NCBI RefSeq assembly: GCF_055900595.2
Contig: NZ_CM148325.1
Strand: one strand, 5' to 3'
Length of the DNA: 64,000 nucleotides
This document shows, piece after piece, positions 37,543 through 48,018 of the stretch. Position 1 is the first letter of the stretch. Every line of letters starts with the position of its first letter. A program made the position numbers and the translations under genes. The notes under the pieces are model-generated. The model made no database searches, was not told where the DNA came from, and saw only the letters and a program-made list of their open reading frames with translations.

Positions 37543-39780
37543 GTGGACTGGCTTCTTGATGTTTTTGCAACCTGGCTATATGGCTTAAAAGTAATCGCGA
37601 TAACGTTAGCGGTCATCATGTTCATCAGCGGGCTGGACGATTTTTTTATTGATGTCGTCTACTGGGTACGCCGCATTAAACGCAAGTTGAGTGTTTATCG
37701 CCGCTACCCGCGAATGAGTTACCGCGAACTGTATAAACCAGATGAAAAACCGTTAGCGATTATGGTTCCGGCGTGGAATGAAACGGGCGTCATCGGCAAT
37801 ATGGCCGAGCTGGCGGCGACCACGCTCGACTATGAAAACTATCATATCTTTGTTGGCACCTACCCCAACGACCCAGATACTCAGCGTGATGTTGACGAAG
37901 TGTGCGCTCGCTTCCCAAACGTGCATAAGGTAGTCTGCGCGCGTCCTGGCCCCACCAGCAAAGCCGACTGCCTGAACAACGTGCTGGACGCCATCACCCA
38001 GTTTGAGCGTAGCGCCAATTTCGCTTTTGCTGGTTTTATTCTGCATGACGCCGAAGACGTAATTTCACCGATGGAATTGCGTCTGTTCAACTATCTGGTC
38101 GAGCGTAAAGATCTGATTCAGATCCCGGTATACCCATTCGAACGCGAATGGACGCACTTCACCAGCATGACTTACATTGATGAGTTTTCAGAACTGCATG
38201 GCAAAGATGTTCCGGTGCGTGAAGCCCTCGCCGGACAGGTGCCCAGCGCAGGCGTCGGTACTTGTTTCAGCCGCCGCGCCGTGACCGCACTGTTAGCTGA
38301 TGGTGACGGTATTGCTTTCGACGTGCAGAGTCTTACTGAAGATTACGACATTGGTTTCCGCCTGAAAGAAAAAGGTATGACGGAAATTTTTGTCCGTTTT
38401 CCGGTGGTGGACGAAGCCAAAGAACGCGAGCAGCGTAAATTTTTACAGCACGCGCGGACGTCAAACATGATCTGCGTGCGCGAATATTTCCCCGATACCT
38501 TTTCGACGGCGGTTCGACAAAAATCTCGCTGGATCATCGGCATTGTTTTCCAGGGCTTTAAAACCCATAAATGGACCTCCAGCCTGACGCTGAACTACTT
38601 TCTCTGGCGCGACCGCAAAGGGGCAATCAGTAACTTTGTCAGCTTCCTCGCGATGCTGGTGATGATCCAGCTTTTGCTGTTACTGGCGTATGAAAGTTTC
38701 TGGCCCGATGCCTGGCATTTCCTTTCTATTTTCAGCGGCAGCGCATGGTTAATGACCCTGCTGTGGCTAAACTTTGGTTTGATGGTTAACCGCATCGTGC
38801 AGCGGGTGATTTTTGTCACTGGCTACTACGGTCTGACGCAGGGGCTGCTATCTGTCCTGCGTCTTTTCTGGGGCAACCTGATTAACTTCATGGCCAACTG
38901 GCGCGCGTTAAGACAGGTACTTCAACACGGCGATCCACGTCGCGTCGCGTGGGATAAAACAACGCATGACTTCCCCAGCGTCACTGGCGATACCCGCTCG
39001 TTGCGCCCGTTAGGTCAAATTCTGCTGGAAAATCAGGTCATCACTGAAGAACAACTCGATACGGCACTGCGTAATCGTGTCGAAGGTCTACGCTTGGGCG
39101 GTTCAATGTTGATGCAGGGGCTGATTAGCGCCGAACAGCTGGCACAGGCACTGGCAGAGCAAAACGGCGTGGCGTGGGAGTCCATCGATGCCTGGCAGAT
39201 CCCTTCTTCGCTGATTGCCGCGATGCCGGCCTCCGTGGCGCTGCATTATGCGGTGCTACCGCTGCGTCTGGAAAATGATGAGTTAATTGTCGGCAGTGAA
39301 GATGGTATTGACCCGGTTTCGCTGGCAGCCCTGACGCGTAAAGTTGGATGCAAAGTGCGTTACGTCATTGTTCTGCGGGGACAAATTGTCACGGGGTTAC
39401 GTCACTGGTATGCACGCCGACGCGGTCACGATCCGCGGGCAATGTTGTACAATGCGGTTCAGCATCAGTGGCTCACGGAACAGCAGGCCGGTGAAATCTG
39501 GCGGCAATATGTGCCGCATCAGTTCCTGTTCGCCGAAATACTGACCACGCTCGGTCATATTAATCGTTCAGCAATTAACGTGTTGTTATTGCGCCATGAA
39601 CGCAGTTCTCTGCCGCTCGGCAAGTTTTTGGTCACCGAAGGCGTTATCAGCCAGGAAACGTTGGATCGCGTCCTGACAATTCAACGCGAATTACAAGTTT
39701 CGATGCAATCACTATTACTCAAAGCAGGTTTAAACACAGAACAGGTTGCGCAACTGGAGTCCGAAAATGAAGGAGAATAA
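37543..39780 (+). CDS. nfrB: NfrB inner-membrane glycosyltransferase (phage N4 adsorption protein B)
   Basis: 745-aa ORF with a GTG start, (M)DWLLDVFATWLYGLKVIAITLAVIMFISGLDD... Confidence 0.9.
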   Translation: MDWLLDVFATWLYGLKVIAITLAVIMFISGLDDFFIDVVYWVRRIKRKLSVYRRYPRMSYRELYKPDEKPLAIMVPAWNETGVIGNMAELAATTLDYENYHIFVGTYPNDPDTQRDVDEVCARFPNVHKVVCARPGPTSKADCLNNVLDAITQFERSANFAFAGFILHDAEDVISPMELRLFNYLVERKDLIQIPVYPFEREWTHFTSMTYIDEFSELHGKDVPVREALAGQVPSAGVGTCFSRRAVTALLADGDGIAFDVQSLTEDYDIGFRLKEKGMTEIFVRFPVVDEAKEREQRKFLQHARTSNMICVREYFPDTFSTAVRQKSRWIIGIVFQGFKTHKWTSSLTLNYFLWRDRKGAISNFVSFLAMLVMIQLLLLLAYESFWPDAWHFLSIFSGSAWLMTLLWLNFGLMVNRIVQRVIFVTGYYGLTQGLLSVLRLFWGNLINFMANWRALRQVLQHGDPRRVAWDKTTHDFPSVTGDTRSLRPLGQILLENQVITEEQLDTALRNRVEGLRLGGSMLMQGLISAEQLAQALAEQNGVAWESIDAWQIPSSLIAAMPASVALHYAVLPLRLENDELIVGSEDGIDPVSLAALTRKVGCKVRYVIVLRGQIVTGLRHWYARRRGHDPRAMLYNAVQHQWLTEQQAGEIWRQYVPHQFLFAEILTTLGHINRSAINVLLLRHERSSLPLGKFLVTEGVISQETLDRVLTIQRELQVSMQSLLLKAGLNTEQVAQLESENEGE

Positions 39781-42739
39781 CCTTAATCGCGTCATCGGAT
39801 GGTCTGGTTTACTGCTGACGTCTTTATTGAGTACCAGCGCACTCGCAGACAATATCGGCACCAGCGCAGAAGAGCTGGGGCTGAGCGATTATCGCCATTT
39901 TGTTATTTATCCCCGTCTCGATAAGGCGCTGAAGGCACAGAAAAATAACGACGAAGCAACCGCCATCCGCGAATTTGAATATATACACCAGCAGGTGCCG
40001 GATAATATTCCGCTGACTTTATACCTTGCGGAAGCCTATCGCCATTTTGGTCATGATGACCGGGCGCGGCTGTTGCTTGAGGATCAACTGAAACGTCACC
40101 CAGGAGATGCCCGACTTGAGCGCAGTCTGGCGGCTATTCCAGTTGAAGTGAAAAGCGTTACGACTGTTGAAGAACTGCTTGCCCAGCAAAAAGCGTGCGA
40201 CGCTGCGCCGACCCTGCGTTGTCGCAGTGAAGTCGGGCAGAATGCCCTGCGGCTGGCACAATTACCTGTCGCCAGAGCGCAACTGAACGATGCGACGTTT
40301 GCTGCATCGACGGAAGGAAAAACGCTGCGAACCGATCTGCTGCAACGGGCAATCTACCTCAAGCAGTGGTCGCTGGCAGAAGCGTTGTTCAGTGAATCAC
40401 GGCAACAAAATACATTAAACGCAGCTGAGCGCCGTCAGTGGTTTGATGTTCTGCTCGCAGGCCAGCTGGATGATCGGATCCTGGCGCTGCAATCAGAGGG
40501 GATCTTCACCGATCCACAGTCATATATTACTTACGCGACCGCGCTGGCTTATCGTGGCGAGAAAGCACGCCTCCAGCATTATCTCATTGAAAATAAGCCG
40601 CTGTTTACCACGGACGCACAAGAGAAAAGTTGGCTCTATCTGTTATCTAAATACAGCGCCAACCCCGTTCAGGCGTTGGCGAATTATACGGTACAGTTTG
40701 CCGATAACCGCCAGTATGTTGTTGGCGCGACGCTACCGGTGCTGTTAAAAGAAGGTCAGTACGACGCAGCGCAAAAACTGCTCGCCACCCTCCCCGCCAA
40801 TGAAATGCTTGAGGAGCGTTATACCGTTAGCGTAGCGACCCATAACAAGGCTGAAGCTCTGCGTCTGGCACGATTGCTGTATCAGCAAGAACCGGCAAAT
40901 CTTACCCGCCTGGATCAACTGACCTGGCAACTGATGCAGAACGAGCAGTCACGCGAAGCTGCCGATTTATTGCTGCAACGCTATCCTTTCCAGGGCGATG
41001 CGCGTGTCAGCCAGACTTTAATGGCGCGACTGGCGTCTCTGCTGGAAAGTCATCCTTACCTGGCAACTCCGGCGAAGGTGGCGATTTTATCGAAACCCTT
41101 ACCGCTGGCGGAGCAACGTCAGTGGCAAAGTCAGTTGCCGGGTATTGCAGATAATTGCCCGGCAATAGTTCGCTTGCTGGGCGATATGTCGCCTTCCTAC
41201 GATGCCGCCGCCTGGAACCGTCTGGCAAAGTGTTATCGGGACACGCTACCCGGCGTGGCGTTGTATGCATGGCTTCAGGCCGAACAACGGCAACCGAACG
41301 CCTGGCAACATCGTGCGGTAGCCTATCAGGCGTATCAGGTTGAGGATTACGCCACCGCACTGGCGGCCTGGCAGAAAATCAGTCTTCACGACATGAGCAA
41401 TGAGGATCTGCTTGCTGCTGCCAATACCGCCCAGGCGGCAGGAAATGGTGCGGCTCGCGATCGCTGGCTTCAGCAGGCAGAACAACGTGGGCTGGGAAAC
41501 AATGCCCTCTACTGGTGGCTGCATGCGCAACGTTACATTCCTGGTCAGCCGGAACTCGCACTGAACGATCTCACGCGCTCAATCAATATTGCGCCTTCTG
41601 CCAACGCTTACGTTGCGCGGGCGACAATTTATCGCCAACGTCATAATGTCCCGGCGGCGGTGAGTGATTTGCGCGCCGCTCTGGAACTGGAACCGAATAA
41701 TAGCAACACCCAGGCAGCGCTCGGTTACGCCTTGTGGGATAGCGGTGATATTGCACAGTCGCGGGAAATGCTCGAACAGGCGCATAAAGGGCTACCGGAC
41801 GATCCGGCACTTATCCGACAACTGGCCTACGTGAACCAGCGTCTGGATGATATGCCTGCGACGCAGCACTACGCCCGGCTGGTGATTGATGACATTGATA
41901 ATCAGGCGCTGATAACCCCACTGACCCCAGAGCAAAATCAGCAACGCTTCAATTTCCGCCGTCTGCATGAGGAGGTCGGTCGCCGCTGGACGTTCAGTTT
42001 CGATTCTTCTATCGGCTTGCGTTCCGGCGCAATGAGTACCGCTAACAATAATGTCGGCGGCGCAGCGCCAGGGAAAAGCTATCGTAGCTACGGGCAACTG
42101 GAAGCCGAGTACCGCATCGGACGCAATATGCTGCTGGAAGGCGACCTGCTCTCGGTTTACAGCCGTGTATTTGCCGATACCGGAGAAAACGGGGTGATGA
42201 TGCCGGTGAAAAATCCGATGTCCGGCACCGGTCTGCGCTGGAAGCCGCTGCGCGATCAGATCTTTTTCCTCGCCGTCGAACAGCAGTTGCCGCTGAACGG
42301 GCAAAATGGCGCATCCGATACCATGCTGCGCGCCAGCGCCTCATTCTTTAATGGCGGCAAATACAGCGACGAATGGCACCCGAACGGTTCAGGCTGGTTT
42401 GCCCAAAACCTGTACCTCGATGCGGCGCAATATGTCCGCCAGGATATTCAGGCGTGGACGGCAGATTATCGCTTAAGCTGGCATCAGAAGGTGGCGAACG
42501 GACAGACTATTGAGCCTTACGCTCACGTTCAGGACAACGGCTATCGGGATAAAGGTACCCAGGGCGCGCAGCTTGGCGGTGTCGGTGTCCGCTGGAATAT
42601 CTGGACCGGCGAGACGCACTACGACGCCTGGCCGCACAAAGTCAGTCTCGGCGTCGAATATCAACATACCTTTAAGGCGATTAATCAACGTAACGGAGAG
42701 CGCAACAACGCGTTTCTCACCATTGGAGTGCACTGGTAA
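39767..42739 (+). CDS. nfrA: NfrA outer-membrane protein (phage N4 adsorption protein A), TPR-rich
   Basis: ATG at 39767 gives MKENNLNRVIGWSGLLLTSLLSTSALA...; overlaps the nfrB stop; C-terminal beta-barrel-like region ending in W. Confidence 0.9.
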   Translation: MKENNLNRVIGWSGLLLTSLLSTSALADNIGTSAEELGLSDYRHFVIYPRLDKALKAQKNNDEATAIREFEYIHQQVPDNIPLTLYLAEAYRHFGHDDRARLLLEDQLKRHPGDARLERSLAAIPVEVKSVTTVEELLAQQKACDAAPTLRCRSEVGQNALRLAQLPVARAQLNDATFAASTEGKTLRTDLLQRAIYLKQWSLAEALFSESRQQNTLNAAERRQWFDVLLAGQLDDRILALQSEGIFTDPQSYITYATALAYRGEKARLQHYLIENKPLFTTDAQEKSWLYLLSKYSANPVQALANYTVQFADNRQYVVGATLPVLLKEGQYDAAQKLLATLPANEMLEERYTVSVATHNKAEALRLARLLYQQEPANLTRLDQLTWQLMQNEQSREAADLLLQRYPFQGDARVSQTLMARLASLLESHPYLATPAKVAILSKPLPLAEQRQWQSQLPGIADNCPAIVRLLGDMSPSYDAAAWNRLAKCYRDTLPGVALYAWLQAEQRQPNAWQHRAVAYQAYQVEDYATALAAWQKISLHDMSNEDLLAAANTAQAAGNGAARDRWLQQAEQRGLGNNALYWWLHAQRYIPGQPELALNDLTRSINIAPSANAYVARATIYRQRHNVPAAVSDLRAALELEPNNSNTQAALGYALWDSGDIAQSREMLEQAHKGLPDDPALIRQLAYVNQRLDDMPATQHYARLVIDDIDNQALITPLTPEQNQQRFNFRRLHEEVGRRWTFSFDSSIGLRSGAMSTANNNVGGAAPGKSYRSYGQLEAEYRIGRNMLLEGDLLSVYSRVFADTGENGVMMPVKNPMSGTGLRWKPLRDQIFFLAVEQQLPLNGQNGASDTMLRASASFFNGGKYSDEWHPNGSGWFAQNLYLDAAQYVRQDIQAWTADYRLSWHQKVANGQTIEPYAHVQDNGYRDKGTQGAQLGGVGVRWNIWTGETHYDAWPHKVSLGVEYQHTFKAINQRNGERNNAFLTIGVHW

Positions 42740-43630
42740 ATGCGTAAGTTCATTTTCGTATTGCTGACACTGCTTTTGGTCAGCCCTTTTTCCTTTGCGA
42801 TGAAAGGTATTATCTGGCAACCACAAAACCGTGATAGTCAGGTTACCGATACCCAGTGGCAGGGGCTGATGAGTCAGTTACGTTTGCAAGGCTTCGATAC
42901 CCTGGTTTTGCAATGGACCCGTTACGGCGATGCATTCACCCAGCCAGAACAGCGCGCGTTATTGTTTAAGCGTGCCGCAGCTGCGCAACAGGCTGGCCTG
43001 AAGCTGATTGTCGGGCTGAATGCCGATCCGGAATTTTTTATGCACCAGAAACAGTCATCCGCGGCGCTGGAAAGCTATCTTAATCGCCTGCTGGCTGCCG
43101 ATCTCCAGCAAGCCAGATTATGGAGCGCCGTACCTGGCGTAACGCCGGATGGCTGGTACATCAGCGCGGAAATTGACGACCTGAACTGGCGCAGCGAAGC
43201 CGTCCGTCAGCCCTTGCTAACGTGGTTAAACAATGCGCAGCGGCTGATTAGTGATGTTTCGGCAAAACCGGTTTATATCAGTAGTTTTTTCGCCGGAAAT
43301 ATGTCGCCCGATGGCTATCGCCAACTGCTGGAACACGTTAAAGCAACCGGCGTTAATGTCTGGGTTCAGGATGGCAGCGGCGTTGATAAACTCACCGCTG
43401 AACAGCGTGAACGTTATCTACAGGCCAGCGCCGATTGCCAAAGCTCCGCCCCAGCAAGCGGCATTGTTTATGAACTGTTTGTCGCCGGCAAAGGCAAAAC
43501 CTTTACCGCGAAACCGAAACCGGATGCAGAGATCGCCTCGCTGTTAGCGAAACGTTCCTCTTGCGGTAAAGACACGCTCTATTTCTCTCTGCGCTATTTG
43601 CCCGTCGCGCACGGCATTCTCGAGTATTAA
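42740..43630 (+). CDS. ybcH: Periplasmic protein YbcH (third gene of the nfrBA-ybcH unit)
   Basis: 296-aa MRKFIFVLLTLLLVSPFSFAMKGIIWQP..., start immediately after the nfrA stop. Confidence 0.85.
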   Translation: MRKFIFVLLTLLLVSPFSFAMKGIIWQPQNRDSQVTDTQWQGLMSQLRLQGFDTLVLQWTRYGDAFTQPEQRALLFKRAAAAQQAGLKLIVGLNADPEFFMHQKQSSAALESYLNRLLAADLQQARLWSAVPGVTPDGWYISAEIDDLNWRSEAVRQPLLTWLNNAQRLISDVSAKPVYISSFFAGNMSPDGYRQLLEHVKATGVNVWVQDGSGVDKLTAEQRERYLQASADCQSSAPASGIVYELFVAGKGKTFTAKPKPDAEIASLLAKRSSCGKDTLYFSLRYLPVAHGILEY

Positions 43631-43812
43631 ATCTCCTCCAGGTAAGTCGGGTACGACCTGGCTTACCTCTTTCGCTCTCGTCAGAATTCCATCAAGATTA
43701 ATTGCTAAAAAGCGTGCTAAAGAAAGAAGATCGTTATCGGCGAACGGGCCGATCACTCATGCAGGAAGCATAGATCCTTTGAGCGGAGTTTCTGATATCT
43801 GAGGAGTGCGAA

Positions 43813-44574
43813 ATGCAATTGAGCAGCAGTGAACCTTGCGTGGTGATCCTGACCGAAAAAGAGGTAGAGGTAAGCGTCAATAACCATGCTACGTTTACCC
43901 TTCCGAAAAACTACCTGGCCGCCTTCGCGTGCAACAATAACGTCATTGAACTCTCAACGTTAAATCACGTATTAATCACCCACATCAACCGTAACATCAT
44001 CAACGATTATCTGTTGTTTTTAAATAAGAACTTAACCTGTGTAAAGCCCTGGTCGCGGCTGGCTACCCCGGTTATCGCTTGTCATAGCCGTACACCGGAA
44101 GTGTTCCGGCTAGCCGCCAACCACAGCAAGCAGCAACCCAGCAAACCCTGCGAAGCGGAGTTGACGCGCGCATTGCTTTTTACCGTATTGTCTAACTTTC
44201 TTGAGCAATCGCGGTTTATTGCCCTACTGATGTATATCTTACGCAGCAGCGTCCGCGACAGCGTCTGCCGCATTATTCAAAGCGATATTCAGCATTACTG
44301 GAATCTGCGAATTGTCGCCAGTTCGCTATGTTTAAGCCCCAGCCTGCTCAAAAAGAAATTAAAAAACGAAAATACCAGCTATAGCCAGATTGTCACAGAG
44401 TGTCGTATGCGTTACGCCGTACAGATGTTATTGATGGATAACAAAAATATCACTCAGGTAGCGCAATTATGTGGCTATAGCAGCACGTCGTACTTTATCT
44501 CTGTTTTTAAGGCGTTTTACGGCCTGACACCGTTGAATTATCTCGCCAAACAGCGACAAAAAGTGATGTGGTGA
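43813..44574 (+). CDS. envY: AraC-family transcriptional regulator EnvY
   Basis: 253-aa ORF with a C-terminal AraC-type HTH (QVAQLCGYSSTSYFISVFKAFYGLTPLNY). Confidence 0.85.
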   Translation: MQLSSSEPCVVILTEKEVEVSVNNHATFTLPKNYLAAFACNNNVIELSTLNHVLITHINRNIINDYLLFLNKNLTCVKPWSRLATPVIACHSRTPEVFRLAANHSKQQPSKPCEAELTRALLFTVLSNFLEQSRFIALLMYILRSSVRDSVCRIIQSDIQHYWNLRIVASSLCLSPSLLKKKLKNENTSYSQIVTECRMRYAVQMLLMDNKNITQVAQLCGYSSTSYFISVFKAFYGLTPLNYLAKQRQKVMW

Positions 44575-44619
44575 AGGGCAAAGCGGAAACAGATAAGACT
44601 GGCATAAATCAAGAAGAAA

Positions 44620-44664
44620 TGGCGCGCCCTGCAGGATTCGAACCTGCGGCCCACGACTTAGAAG
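44620..44664 (-). other. 45-nt copy of the 3' end of tRNA-Arg (argU), a prophage attachment-site repeat and not an intact tRNA
   Basis: Minus strand reads CTTCTAAGTCGTGGGCCGCAGGTTCGAATCCTGCAGGGCGCGCCA (T-arm, acceptor stem and CCA); identity to argU as recalled stops at the anticodon-stem side and there is no D-arm or anticodon loop. Confidence 0.75.
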
Positions 44665-45086
44665 TTCCTAGAACGACATTTTAAGTCAACAACTTACCGC
44701 GCCATCTCTGCGCTCACACGTCCCACTACCTCAAAACATGTAAAGCCTTGCAAGCCATTGTGAGGCCTTATGTGTCTCAGTTTTGTCCCTCTTTTTTGTA
44801 CTAAAAAACATAGTAATTGAGGATAAACCTCATGCTATTTTCGCTTATATGCCTCTAAAGGCATGGCACTTAAATAGATAAAAGCACCACAAAAGCATAA
44901 AAAACCACACAGTAAAACCGCAATATGAAACAATAACAGATAATTAAACCAAAAACAGATAGCGCATTGTGATAATCATTCAATACTAAACAAAATATAA
45001 ACAGTGGAGCAATATGTAATTGACTCATTAAGTTAGATATAAAAAATACATATTCAATCATTAAAACGATTGAATGGAGAACTTTT

Positions 45087-46040
45087 ATGCGGGCGAAACT
45101 TCTGGGAATATTCCTGACAACCCCTATTGCGATCAGCTCTTTTGCTTCTACCGAGACTTTATCGTTTACTCCTGACAACATAAATGCGGACATTAGTCTT
45201 GGAACTCTGAGCGGAAAAACAAAAGAGCGTGTTTATCTAGCCGAAGAAGGAGGCCGAAAAGTCAGTCAACTCGACTGGAAATTCAATAACGCTGCAATTA
45301 TTAAAGGTGCAATTAATTGGGATTTGATGCCCCAGATATCTATTGGGGCTGCGGGCTGGACTACTCTCGGCAGCCGAGGTGGCAATATGGTCGATCAGGA
45401 CTGGATGGATTCCAGTAACCCCGGAACCTGGACAGATGAAAGTAGGCACCCTGATACACAACTCAATTATGCCAACGAATTTGATCTGAATATAAAAGGC
45501 TGGCTCCTCAACGAACCCAATTACCGCCTGGGACTCATGGCCGGATATCAGGAAAGCCGTTATAGCTTTACAGCCAGAGGTGGTTCCTATATCTACAGTT
45601 CTGAGGAGGGATTCAGAGATGATATCGGCTCCTTCCCGAATGGAGAAAGAGCAATCGGCTACAAACAACGTTTTAAAATGCCCTACATTGGCTTGACTGG
45701 AAGTTATCGTTATGAAGATTTTGAGCTAGGTGGCACATTTAAATACAGCGGCTGGGTGGAAGCATCTGATAACGATGAGCACTATGACCCAGGAAAAAGA
45801 ATCACTTATCGCAGTAAAGTCAAAGACCAAAATTACTATTCTGTTGCAGTCAATGCAGGTTATTACGTAACACCTAACGCAAAAGTTTATGTTGAAGGCG
45901 CATGGAATCGGGTTACGAATAAAAAAGGTAATACTTCACTTTATGATCACAATGATAACACTTCAGACTACAGCAAAAATGGTGCAGGCATAGAAAACTA
46001 TAACTTCATCACTACTGCTGGTCTTAAGTACACATTTTAA
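45087..46040 (+). CDS. ompT: Outer-membrane protease (omptin)
   Basis: 317-aa MRAKLLGIFLTTPIAISSFASTETLSFTPDNINADISLGTLSGK... ending ...AGLKYTF. Confidence 0.9.
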   Translation: MRAKLLGIFLTTPIAISSFASTETLSFTPDNINADISLGTLSGKTKERVYLAEEGGRKVSQLDWKFNNAAIIKGAINWDLMPQISIGAAGWTTLGSRGGNMVDQDWMDSSNPGTWTDESRHPDTQLNYANEFDLNIKGWLLNEPNYRLGLMAGYQESRYSFTARGGSYIYSSEEGFRDDIGSFPNGERAIGYKQRFKMPYIGLTGSYRYEDFELGGTFKYSGWVEASDNDEHYDPGKRITYRSKVKDQNYYSVAVNAGYYVTPNAKVYVEGAWNRVTNKKGNTSLYDHNDNTSDYSKNGAGIENYNFITTAGLKYTF

Positions 46041-46289
46041 GAACGCCAACTAAAATTTCCCCGAGGTGAAAATCGCCCCGGGGAATAACTAGCCATTTCA
46101 ATGTAACAATTAACCCTTAAAATAAACCCAGAAGGTTATTAACTAAATCACATAGAAAACCATCAATTATAGTGTGTATAAAATAGCCGACAGCAACCCA
46201 ATTACAAATTAATGGTTCCAGAATATCACATCAAAAAACACGCTGTATAATATTATAATTAACATGTAGACAACTTGTAATAAACATTA

Positions 46290-47039
46290 TCAGTCAATTG
46301 TTTTGTTTATTCCATCTGTGACGCCGATTATTTTCTCAAAATAATGAGATGGCGTGACACCATAATAATCTTTAAATGCACATATGAAATATGAAGTACT
46401 GTTATAGCCACATTTCTGGGCTACGACATTGATAGAATAAGAGTTTGAAGTTATGAGTTTTTTTGCATACCTCATCCTAGTATCTCTCAATATTTCAGTA
46501 AATGACGTTCCTTCATCCCTTAATCTTTTTTTTATTAAACTTTCACTCGTATAAATCAATTCCGCAATATCTTTTAAATGCCATTGCCGCTCAATATTAA
46601 AACTGATTATTCCAGTAATTTTACATGTAAATGTATTTATATTTGTTAGTATAAATGAATTTACACTTTCGCGTTTTTTGAACATGGCAAGTAAGGATAT
46701 ACATAGTCTTTCTTTTAACCAAAGGGAGTGTGAGTCTGCTATTTTAATCCCTTCAAACAGAGAAAAAACAAGCGATAATGGAGGTTCCTCTTCAGCAATA
46801 TAGCCATTCTTATCAAGAGTAAATTTGCCAGGCAACTCATTATTCACGTCGATAAAAAAGGATAAACATGTTTTCTTATCTATATCAACAATTCTTAGTT
46901 TAGAGGGGCATACTGGTAACTCTCTTCTAATTTTGTCGCTTACAATAAACAATGAATTTTTTTTGAACGAGATAACTCTCCTGTTTATAATTAAATCAAA
47001 TGATTGACAGATGAAAACTACGGAGCAAACATAATCCAT
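46290..47039 (-). CDS. appY: AraC-family transcriptional activator AppY
   Basis: 249-aa [36 protein letters not shown]...; AT-rich gene and AT-rich upstream region (47040-47600). Confidence 0.9.
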
Positions 47040-47714
47040 CTTGCACCTATCATAAAATTAAAACAAGTTGATAGTAGTCAAATAACAGCCAATTAAATAC
47101 ACAATCATAATCAGGATGATGTGCATTTATATTTTTATACACAAAATTATAGTTTGCAAATTTTAATAAGTTTCATTTAAGATTAAATTATTATATGTAT
47201 ATTGTTTTTTATTCTAACGTATTTCAAAGTTACATTTTTCAACGCTTACTATGCTTTTTATTAACATAAACTCACTACAACGCACCTGAAACCTCTTGCT
47301 ATATATATGTCAACCGTTTGAATTTAAAATAAAAAGAGTATCATTTTTACTTGCATTTCTTATCAAGTCACATTCAACAACAGTAAAAAAACATTATTAG
47401 AACCATTCAATTAACAAAAAACCAACATCCAGCTTGCTTAATTTTTCTTTATTAAACGATATTGAAAATCAATTGATAAAATACATCTAAACAACCTTTT
47501 GGGGCGCAAAAGCATAACATCAAACAAACAAATAACACACCGAAAAAACTCACAATTAATAACCTATGATATACATACTGTTTATTATGGTTGAATAAGC
47601 CACTCGATATCTGGTGCTACGGAAGTGTCCACACGGTTTAGCAGCACCCGATACTTTTTCCAGGCTTCCAGCAACGAGTTTTCTTCCTCCGTTGCATATA
47701 CAGCTCACCTTTTT

Positions 47715-48008
47715 TCACCCACGATTAACCAACAGCCAGACCAGCAGACACGCCACCACCGGCACAGCAAAATCCATCAGGCTTGCCACATCCCATGCAC
47801 GTGTATCAAAACCGCCCCACCACGGCATATTCATTCGCTTGCCATGCCCGAACATTTCGATCCAGCGATATTCTGCCTGGGTGTGTTCACGCGCAATGAA
47901 GAACGTACAACCGGCTATCGCCCCGTAAGCCCAGTTTCCGGTAAAAAGACCAACCAGTACCTGCGCAGCCACAGCACAAAGTGCATGAAGGAAAGGTGTT
48001 ATATCCAT
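47715..48008 (-). CDS. Hypothetical small membrane protein (prophage-borne)
   Basis: 97-aa ORF with two strongly hydrophobic segments (LHALCAVAAQVLVGLF..., FAVPVVACLLVWLLV); no family recognised. Confidence 0.4.
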   Translation of the reverse strand: MDITPFLHALCAVAAQVLVGLFTGNWAYGAIAGCTFFIAREHTQAEYRWIEMFGHGKRMNMPWWGGFDTRAWDVASLMDFAVPVVACLLVWLLVNRG

Positions 48009-48018
48009 TATTCCTCCT

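Noticed and set aside
40019-42826. Minus-strand ORFs up to 170 aa inside nfrA
   Set aside because: Antisense to a long, recognisable TPR/beta-barrel protein frame.
44620-44664. Possible intact tRNA gene
   Set aside because: Only the 3'-terminal 45 nt of tRNA-Arg are present; sequence upstream of the anticodon-stem region is unrelated and cannot form a cloverleaf.
44870-45193. 107-aa minus-strand ORF
   Set aside because: Lies in the AT-rich ompT promoter/leader region and overlaps the ompT start; hydrophobic low-complexity translation typical of AT-rich non-coding DNA.
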